This document shows, piece after piece, positions 7,603-14,897 of a stretch of 18,338 nt of DNA. The stretch spans positions 1 through 18,338 of the forward strand of contig JABCSY010000083.1 in assembly GCA_018238625.1 (NCBI GenBank). The letters are read 5' to 3'. Positions within the stretch are counted from its first letter, which is position 1. Each line of letters opens with the position of its first letter. Both the position numbers and the translations under genes were made by a program. Below the pieces are notes generated by a model. It made no database searches. It had not been told where the DNA came from and was given only the letters and a program-made list of their open reading frames with translations. The stretch comes from Promethearchaeota archaeon. Lineage in GTDB: Archaea > Asgardarchaeota > Lokiarchaeia > Sigyniarchaeales > SOKP01.

Positions 7603-7974
7603 ATGTCTCAAAATAAATGTTTGTTCCACCCTACAAGGACATGTTATTATTATACAAAATTCTGTAGAAAACTAAGTTGCGAGGAAAGTAGAAAAAATTA
7701 TCATTCTAATAGTAAAAAAGTTTATCGAATCTCTAGTAAAGAAGGGTCTCTACATGAGAGATGGCACGAAATTGACTTCCGATATATCCTCCTATATGTC
7801 GCATTATTCTTACTCGGTCTGATAGGAGTATATTTTGGTGTTCAATTCTATGATCCAATTTGTAATAGTGGTGATTATGACGAGACTTGCATCAATCTCC
7901 TAGCAAGTATTTATTTTGCCGGTTTACTTATGGCATTATCTACTGCTTTGGCAATCAGAGAGTTAAAAGGCTAA
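7603..7974 (+). CDS. Hypothetical membrane protein with Cys/His-rich N-terminus, 123 aa
   Basis: CLFHPTRTCYYYTKFCRKLSC followed by two TM segments flanking a CNSGDYDETC loop. Confidence 0.7.
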   Translation: MSQNKCLFHPTRTCYYYTKFCRKLSCEESRKNYHSNSKKVYRISSKEGSLHERWHEIDFRYILLYVALFLLGLIGVYFGVQFYDPICNSGDYDETCINLLASIYFAGLLMALSTALAIRELKG

Positions 7975-7988
7975 AAAAAAACACTCGA

Positions 7989-8870
7989 TTATTCCATAGG
8001 CCATTCGAGTAATGACAATATTAAATTTTTGTTAGATAATCCTCCTCGAGTAAGTGTACCTACAAAATTTTCTCGTTTAAACATTTTTTTTAAGACATAT
8101 CTTAAAAGTTGCTTATCCAGAAGTCCTTTTTGTTTAGCTTCATTTTGAAATTCGTGAGCTTTCAGATGTAATGAAGTAATCTCATCCATTCTATCTTTTA
8201 AAAACGATCTGCCTTTATAAACGCCCTTCCCAGAAGTAAAGAGGAGCAAATTGTCCATTCCTTCTGCGAAATCATATAATTTTTTAATTGATTGAAATAT
8301 AAGTGAGATATCCTCGGGAATGTCAGTATCCTTACCAAATATCATTTGATATTTTGGCATTACTGCGTCGGTGATAAATGCCCATTGTTTTTTTCGTTCA
8401 ATTAAACTAATTAGTTCAGGAGCATGTCCTGGAGTATCTATTATTTCAAAAATGTATTTACCTGACTTAGATCTAATTGAATCTTTTAATAGTTCAGCTT
8501 GAAACGGTTGGTAATCTACGCCCCAAGTCATCTGTCGATAATCGGGATATTCTTTTTCTTTCATTAATAGTGGAATAGCCAGCTTACTAGCGAAAACGGG
8601 AATGTTAAATTTTTCTCGGAGCATACGACCCCCGCCACAATGATCTTCGTGGTTATGTGTAATTACACACTTCTCAGTCATATTATTGGAATTAAGAGTT
8701 TTTATAAATTTGCGTAAATCGCCTACTCCTCCTGGAGCACCCGCGTCAATCAATAACCCGTCAATTAAAAATACTGATGTCCAAAAAGGCTGAGGCATTA
8801 ATTCGCTGTCTGAAGACCATTTCCATTCTAATATCTCGTTATTACAGTGATAAACTATCTGAACAGCCAT
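7989..8870 (-). CDS. MBL-fold metallo-hydrolase
   Basis: LLIDAG, THNHEDHCGG (HxHxDH), TPGHAPE, FITDA. Confidence 0.93.
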   Translation of the reverse strand: MAVQIVYHCNNEILEWKWSSDSELMPQPFWTSVFLIDGLLIDAGAPGGVGDLRKFIKTLNSNNMTEKCVITHNHEDHCGGGRMLREKFNIPVFASKLAIPLLMKEKEYPDYRQMTWGVDYQPFQAELLKDSIRSKSGKYIFEIIDTPGHAPELISLIERKKQWAFITDAVMPKYQMIFGKDTDIPEDISLIFQSIKKLYDFAEGMDNLLLFTSGKGVYKGRSFLKDRMDEITSLHLKAHEFQNEAKQKGLLDKQLLRYVLKKMFKRENFVGTLTRGGLSNKNLILSLLEWPME

Positions 8871-9018
8871 AATAATTAAAATATTTTAATACTAAATTAC
8901 TTTTTTTTTTAATTTTTTTATTATCTAAGGTTCCAATTCTTTCTGTTTATTACAAGTTAAAAAACATCGCTCATAAATTTAATTCTAACTCAACTTTCTA
9001 AATCTGCTAACTACTCTT

Positions 9019-11622
9019 TTACCCATATACAGGGTACATTATAGGGAAAACAAAAAGAAACGGAAGAGGGTAAAAAAGTGAAATAATAAATAGCGATACT
9101 AATCCAGGGAGAATACTTCTTCTTTTATAAAAAGCAAATCCTAGTAGTAATCCAGATACAAAAATATAGATAAATTCAAATACTAAATAGTATAAAAGTT
9201 GATCTATGTCTATATATTGCGGAGAGGAGCTAATAATAAGTAGATATGGAAGAATAAATTTTGAGACAAGAAAAATAACGGCTTGTTGTATTATTGCTTT
9301 TTTAGGGCTAGATTTTTTCATTAAAATCGTCAAAATAATTCCACGATATAACAACTCTTGGAAAAAAATATAGATTAAATAACTTGTCCATAGCATTATA
9401 TTAATATTAATATTAAACAAATTACTCGAACCTTGCAATTTCGTTAAGGATGTGACAATATATAAAACGGAAATAGATGAAATTACAAAAATAATGGTTT
9501 TGAGGCTTTTTTTATTTAAAATCAACTTAAGCCAACTTAGCCCAGAACAATCTAAATATTGACTAAGCGATTGTCTTCCGTTTGGCAGCCCTAAACATTT
9601 CGGTACAAAATAAAACCAAATAAATATCAAAAGGATGCACGGTACTCCAAAAATAACTATTACCTTAAATAAATATGAAAAATCTTGTTGACGCACATAA
9701 TAATAATCATACGGGTCTACCCAGATCCAAAAAAAACTTATAAAAAAAAAGAATAAGAAAAGTGAAACATAGTCTATAATAACTAAAGATACAATTGATA
9801 GCTTGTTGTTCCTAGAAAAAATAGTTGGTTTTTGCTCTACTTTTTTAACAAATAAAAAACTCTCTTTTTTGTAGGATGGCAATAATGTATCATAGAAGAT
9901 AAATACAATTAAAAACCCCACGATTAGAAAGATCCAGAACGATGTTACCATGTTATTCAAATCTTGAAAATAATATAATTGTAGAAAAATCGAAAATACC
10001 CAAATAAGAAGACCAAAAGGCACAGAAATGGTCATAGTCCATTTAAATATACGGTTTTGGGGATTGTAATATCCTAATACATAATTTTTTTTTTTCTTTC
10101 TACCGAATAATTCGATTCTTAAAAGAAATATAATCAATAAAATTAGCCAATTGAATGGTAATGTGAAAAGAAAATTAGCAATTATGGCAATAAAATTAGG
10201 ATTAGTGAGGTACATTAAAGAGGGTAAGAGTGTTGCGCAAGTTTGAAAAATAAAAATCAGAAATAATTTGGATTTAGCTTGCTCTCTTGGAACAATGGGC
10301 AAAGTATCAATAATTGACCCTCCAGATGCGTCTAGGTTCATTATCGCATGAACTAATAAGCCTGAAATAATTGGGCTAAAAATTAAAATGCGAATCCAGT
10401 TAAGTAAAAACCCACCATCAGTAAAACTAATGATTCCAATATTTTTAATGCCTATTATCGTGATAAAAATAAAAGAGAGCGTTATCGGCATAATAATTGA
10501 TATGAATGCTTTAATGTCTCGCGAGATTATGTAAAGATCTCTACGTAAGTATGCAATAAAAGATGTTGTAATTCTAACATCTACCCCATTATCCTTATTA
10601 ATTGCTTTAAAATTCCCTATTACATTAATTGCCTTGAGTTTAGAAATGCTAATTCTCTCAATTGCTTTAAATGCTTTTTTAGAAATCCAATATGTTATAA
10701 TGCTAAACAGTGCAAAGCCAATCAAAGTACTTACCCACAGCTGAGGGGATGCTTGATTGGGAGCGATAAATAAAGAAATTAAAAAGCTAGAACTAAAAGG
10801 ATAAGGAATAAGGCTTAGGATAAGGTTTATTATGGAATGATAATCGGAAGCGACAAATAGATCGTACATTATCCCTATCGAGCTAAAAAACCATTGAATA
10901 ATAGCGTAACTGCTAAAAATTATAATTATATAGCTAAAAATGTTAATTAATCGAATAAGTAAAGTTTTTTTTGATCCGATTTCATTAATGTCCAAAATTC
11001 GATTTATCCGTTCTCCAATTAGAATTAATATGCTAAATGAAAATACTAAATTAACAAATGAAATTCCAAAGCATATCAAGAACAATATTAAACTTTGGCT
11101 TCCAATTAATATAACTAACGGAAATGAAAAAAATAAAACTATAATTGGTATATCATAGCTACGAAATAAAGTTAAATAAACAATTTTCAATAATTTTTTT
11201 CTCGAAATTGGTAGCGTTTCTAGCCATTCAAAAATTTTGCCTGAGATAATCATTGTGGCATCTAACATCCCCATTATAAAAAAGTTTAAAAATTGCAGAG
11301 CAAAATAAAGAGAAAAAAGCAAACCCCCCATAAAAAATATACTTTCGATTGAAGCTGAGCTGTTCATAAAGAGATTGATTAGTTCTAAATAAGTTAATAG
11401 AGGGATTACAGGCATAACTCCAAAGATAATCGCGTAAAATAATTTCGTGAGAACTACTTTTAACTTAAATCTAAACGGACGATTATTATATTTATTTAAA
11501 AAATACGATTTGTTTCCACCCTTTGTAAATACTAATTCTTCAACTAGTAATTCTTTACTGGTGTATTTTGTCAAATAATACAGTGAAAGGTTCTCTTTTT
11601 CTATTGGATTTCTTCTTTTCAT
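9019..11622 (-). CDS. Large polytopic membrane protein: ABC-exporter permease-like region plus C-terminal degenerate CPBP (CAAX/Abi) domain
   Basis: Many TM segments; duplicated permease-like motifs WLETLPISRKKL and IIDTLPIVPREQAKSK; C-terminal FFQELLYRG and LLLGFAFYKRRSILPG. Confidence 0.7.
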   Translation of the reverse strand: MKRRNPIEKENLSLYYLTKYTSKELLVEELVFTKGGNKSYFLNKYNNRPFRFKLKVVLTKLFYAIIFGVMPVIPLLTYLELINLFMNSSASIESIFFMGGLLFSLYFALQFLNFFIMGMLDATMIISGKIFEWLETLPISRKKLLKIVYLTLFRSYDIPIIVLFFSFPLVILIGSQSLILFLICFGISFVNLVFSFSILILIGERINRILDINEIGSKKTLLIRLINIFSYIIIIFSSYAIIQWFFSSIGIMYDLFVASDYHSIINLILSLIPYPFSSSFLISLFIAPNQASPQLWVSTLIGFALFSIITYWISKKAFKAIERISISKLKAINVIGNFKAINKDNGVDVRITTSFIAYLRRDLYIISRDIKAFISIIMPITLSFIFITIIGIKNIGIISFTDGGFLLNWIRILIFSPIISGLLVHAIMNLDASGGSIIDTLPIVPREQAKSKLFLIFIFQTCATLLPSLMYLTNPNFIAIIANFLFTLPFNWLILLIIFLLRIELFGRKKKKNYVLGYYNPQNRIFKWTMTISVPFGLLIWVFSIFLQLYYFQDLNNMVTSFWIFLIVGFLIVFIFYDTLLPSYKKESFLFVKKVEQKPTIFSRNNKLSIVSLVIIDYVSLFLFFFFISFFWIWVDPYDYYYVRQQDFSYLFKVIVIFGVPCILLIFIWFYFVPKCLGLPNGRQSLSQYLDCSGLSWLKLILNKKSLKTIIFVISSISVLYIVTSLTKLQGSSNLFNININIMLWTSYLIYIFFQELLYRGIILTILMKKSSPKKAIIQQAVIFLVSKFILPYLLIISSSPQYIDIDQLLYYLVFEFIYIFVSGLLLGFAFYKRRSILPGLVSLFIISLFYPLPFLFVFPIMYPVYG

Positions 11623-11808
11623 CTTTTCATGAATTCCATAAAAATTAGCTTCAACTTACTAAAGTTTTTGTATAAATATAAAAATATTCCTATCTAAAAT
11701 GTTTAGACAGATTATTCCATATCACTCTGCTAAGAAACGAGTTTTTAAGTACGATTAAATTAAAAAAAGAAAAAAAAGTTATATTATCATTTAAACATCC
11801 AATCTTTT

Positions 11809-12186
11809 TTATTCGATACCGAGTTTTGCTGAGTATTTTATCAACAAAAAGATTACAAAAGCCACAATGATAAAAGTTAAAAGGTCTCCTAAAAAAGCCC
11901 CAATTCGAAAAACCCAGAGCGTGAATTCCTCCCATGGAATACTAGGTGGCAAGAAAAAAGTGACTAAAGGCATTACCAGATTATCTACAAGCGACTGGAC
12001 AAGGTCCCCGATATATTGACCCATAATAAAAGCAATAGCAAGACCTAAGACCTTATATTTCATTATAAAATCTTTGAACTCTTCTAAAAGATTTTTCTTT
12101 TTTTCAGGCTCCTTAGGAGGTGGAGTAGGTGCTAACGCTTCTCTGATTTTCCTTAATTCTTCTAACATTTCTGAATCTGTCGTCAT
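11809..12186 (-). CDS. mscL: Large-conductance mechanosensitive channel family protein
   Basis: LLEEFKDFIMKYKVLGLAIAFIMG (S1/TM1), LVQSLVDNLVMPLV, IGAFLGDLLTFIIVAFVIFLLIK (TM2). Confidence 0.92.
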   Translation of the reverse strand: MTTDSEMLEELRKIREALAPTPPPKEPEKKKNLLEEFKDFIMKYKVLGLAIAFIMGQYIGDLVQSLVDNLVMPLVTFFLPPSIPWEEFTLWVFRIGAFLGDLLTFIIVAFVIFLLIKYSAKLGIE

Positions 12187-12367
12187 ATTATTTCACTTAA
12201 CTTATTTGATTTGGATTAATGTTTTTTTAATTTGAATTTAGTGTTAATTTTAATTTCCTTTAGTTTTAATTAAATGTTTTTTTAATATTTTATTAGATGG
12301 AGATAAAAATTAATTCGAAACCTAACTTTTGAGAAATAAAACTAATCTTTTTACAATTAGTCAAAAA

Positions 12368-12375
12368 TTATTTAA
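12368..12375 (+). promoter_or_regulatory. Possible TATA box for the MoxR/VWA operon
   Basis: AAAAA followed by TTATTTAA ending about 24 nt before the ATG at 12399, consistent with a leaderless archaeal transcript. AT-rich background. Confidence 0.3.
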
Positions 12376-12398
12376 CTCTCAATTAATTTCATTTAATT

Positions 12399-13253
12399 AT
12401 GAGTAATACTGGATTTAATCAATTTAAAGGAGATGTTAATACTGAAAGGATCAAATATATTGCTGATCCTCAATTAAAAAACATCGTTAACGTTTCAATT
12501 GCCTTAGCTCGACCTTTAATAGTAAAGGGAGAGCCCGGTACAGGAAAGACCTTGTTATCTCACGCTATTGCCGAATCTTTGGGAAAACGATTAATTGTAT
12601 GGAATGTAAAAAGCACAACGGAAGCAATCGATGGGTGCTACATGTACGATACAGTCCAGAGATTAAACGATAGTCGATTTGGAAGCGACGATCGTAATGT
12701 AAATAATATTAAAGATTACATAACGCTTGGACCGCTAGGGGAGGCTTTTGACTCTGAGGAACAAGTCGTCCTTCTTATCGACGAGGTCGATAAGGCAGAT
12801 ATCGAGTTTCCAAACGATCTTTTACAAGAACTAGATGTAATGGAATTTTATGTTAAAGAAACCAAAGAATTTGTTAAAGCTAAAACTCGACCTATAGTTA
12901 TTATTACTTCAAATAACGAAAAGGAACTTCCTGACGCGTTCTTACGTAGATGTGTGTTTCATTGGATAGAATTTCCTTCAAAAGAATTTATGGCAGACAT
13001 CTGTAATCTTCACTATCCACATCTGAAACAAAACCTTTTAGACCAGTGCCTTAAAAATTTCTATGCGTTAAGAGCGATCACAAAACTAAGAAAAATGCCC
13101 TCCACATCTGAGCTTCTGGATTGGATCGGCGTTTTATTGAAGAGTGGAATAAGCCTAGACGAGTTGAAGCATGGAATACCATTCCTTGGAGTGCTCCTTA
13201 AAAAGGAAAAAGATCTCGAAATAGCCTTAGATAAAGTTAAGTTCCCTACATGA
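12399..13253 (+). CDS. MoxR-family AAA+ ATPase (CoxD-like)
   Basis: Walker A GEPGTGKT, Walker B VLLIDEVDKAD, FPNDLL, ITSNNEKELPDAFLRRC. Confidence 0.95.
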   Translation: MSNTGFNQFKGDVNTERIKYIADPQLKNIVNVSIALARPLIVKGEPGTGKTLLSHAIAESLGKRLIVWNVKSTTEAIDGCYMYDTVQRLNDSRFGSDDRNVNNIKDYITLGPLGEAFDSEEQVVLLIDEVDKADIEFPNDLLQELDVMEFYVKETKEFVKAKTRPIVIITSNNEKELPDAFLRRCVFHWIEFPSKEFMADICNLHYPHLKQNLLDQCLKNFYALRAITKLRKMPSTSELLDWIGVLLKSGISLDELKHGIPFLGVLLKKEKDLEIALDKVKFPT

Positions 13254-13288
13254 TCAATTTTAAATTATTTGGTTATAGGATTGAATAA

Positions 13289-14521
13289 ATGTTTGTTGAG
13301 TATTTTTATTACCTAAAAGAAAGGTTACCGGTCAGTATTACGGAGTATATGACCCTTATGGAAGCCCTTGAAAAAGGTCTTATCCATAACATGGTCGAGT
13401 TCTACTATATTTCGAGATCTATACTATGTAAGAACGAACATCACTTTGACATTTACGATATTTCGTTTGCTAACTTTTTCAAAGACGCGTCTTTAAAGTT
13501 TCCAGAAGAAATCAAACAAGAAATATGGGATTGGCTTCAAAAAGATATTAATCCACCCGAATTGCCTGACGGATTTCAGGAATTTCTTAACCAACATTTT
13601 GATATCGAAGAATTACAAAAACACTTCGAAGAATTACTTAAAAAACAGGATGAGGAGCATAATTTTGGGGATCAATGGATTGGAACTCAAGGTTTTTCTC
13701 AATTTGGTCATTCGGGGCAAAATCCAATGGGTATGAGGGTAGGTGGCTCGTCCGGCATGCGCATGGCAATACAAATCGCCCAAAAAAGAATCTTTGCCGA
13801 TTACAGAAAAGATATCGTTTTAGACACCCGCCAAATTAAAGTCGCATTGAAGCGTCTAAAAAAATTGGAAGAGATAGGGAAGCAAGACGAGTTAAACATG
13901 GATAAAACAATTGATGAAACTGCTAGAAATGGCGGGGACATCGAACTTATTTTCGAGAAAAAAAGGAAAAACAACGTTAAACTCATCCTTCTTATGGATG
14001 TTGGAGGAAGCATGACCCCTTATGCTCATCTTGTTAACCTACTTTTTTCTGCTGCAAACAACATGTCGCATTGGAAATCTTTTAAGTTTTATTACTTCCA
14101 CAATTGCGTGTATGACCAACTTTATTTCAATGCTCAAAGAAATTCTGACGAGGCTATAGATTTCGACGAGCTTTTAAGAAAATACGATAGTAAGTACAAA
14201 GTAGTTGTCGTGGGCGACGCTGCTATGGCCTCTTGGGAGCTTACGGAGAGATATGGTTCGATTTATTATTACCATAGAAACGAGATGCCCGGAATTTATT
14301 ACATTAGAGAAATAGCCAACCACTTCAAGAACAATGTCGTTTGGTTAAACCCTGAATTAATTCGATTAGAGTGGGTACCATGGACGAGGAAGATTATTTC
14401 GAGCCTTATCCCTATGTTTAACTTGACGATAGAAGGAATCGAAGAAGCGATGAATTATCTAAGAAACAGCGGGAAAAGCCAATTTACCACAGTTCATAGA
14501 CTTAAGGGACTGAATTATTAA
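13289..14521 (+). CDS. VWA-domain protein (CoxE-like partner of MoxR)
   Basis: MIDAS-like LLMDVGGSM, YYFHNCVYD, VVGDAAMA, VWLNP; directly after the MoxR gene. Confidence 0.92.
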   Translation: MFVEYFYYLKERLPVSITEYMTLMEALEKGLIHNMVEFYYISRSILCKNEHHFDIYDISFANFFKDASLKFPEEIKQEIWDWLQKDINPPELPDGFQEFLNQHFDIEELQKHFEELLKKQDEEHNFGDQWIGTQGFSQFGHSGQNPMGMRVGGSSGMRMAIQIAQKRIFADYRKDIVLDTRQIKVALKRLKKLEEIGKQDELNMDKTIDETARNGGDIELIFEKKRKNNVKLILLMDVGGSMTPYAHLVNLLFSAANNMSHWKSFKFYYFHNCVYDQLYFNAQRNSDEAIDFDELLRKYDSKYKVVVVGDAAMASWELTERYGSIYYYHRNEMPGIYYIREIANHFKNNVVWLNPELIRLEWVPWTRKIISSLIPMFNLTIEGIEEAMNYLRNSGKSQFTTVHRLKGLNY

Positions 14522-14689
14522 AAGATATCTCTAAACAATTTTTCTTAGAATGTTGTTATCAATAGTTATATCGTAAGAGTAGTAAAAAGTCGAATAATAT
14601 TTTTAGTAAAAATCCTCTTTTTTTGCTAAGATTGATTAAGTGTCTTTTTTTTGGTTTACCGAAAGCCCATAGGATTTTAACTCAACTTG

Positions 14690-14883
14690 ATTTAATATCA
14701 AATGATCAGTTTTGATAAAAGAAATCCTAGAGCTTCTCATGCTATAAAATCTTAAAATTTTACCGGTAAAATTGAGGGATTACACCTAAATTTACTGCTT
14801 CTACCAGTAATTATGTTCTTTAAATTTAAATAGACTGAAAAAGTAATTATTTAACATCAAATGATCAATTTTGATAAAAAAAA
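14690..14883 (+). repeat. Duplicated 35-bp promoter/operator-like element (14690-14724 and 14849-14883)
   Basis: ATTTAA(T/C)ATCAAATGATCA(G/A)TTTTGATAAAA(G/A)AAA, 32/35 identical. Each copy has inverted arms ATCAAA-N8-TTTGAT. Confidence 0.8.
14756..14773. promoter_or_regulatory. Perfect 18-bp palindrome, candidate transcription factor site
   Basis: AATTTTACCGGTAAAATT equals its own reverse complement; intergenic, upstream of the solute-binding protein gene. Confidence 0.55.
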
Positions 14884-14897
14884 AAAAGTGTAAAATA

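Noticed and set aside
13251-13261. TGATCAATTTT at the MoxR stop, resembling the duplicated operator
   Set aside because: Only a partial match without the ATCAAA/TTTGAT arms; likely chance.
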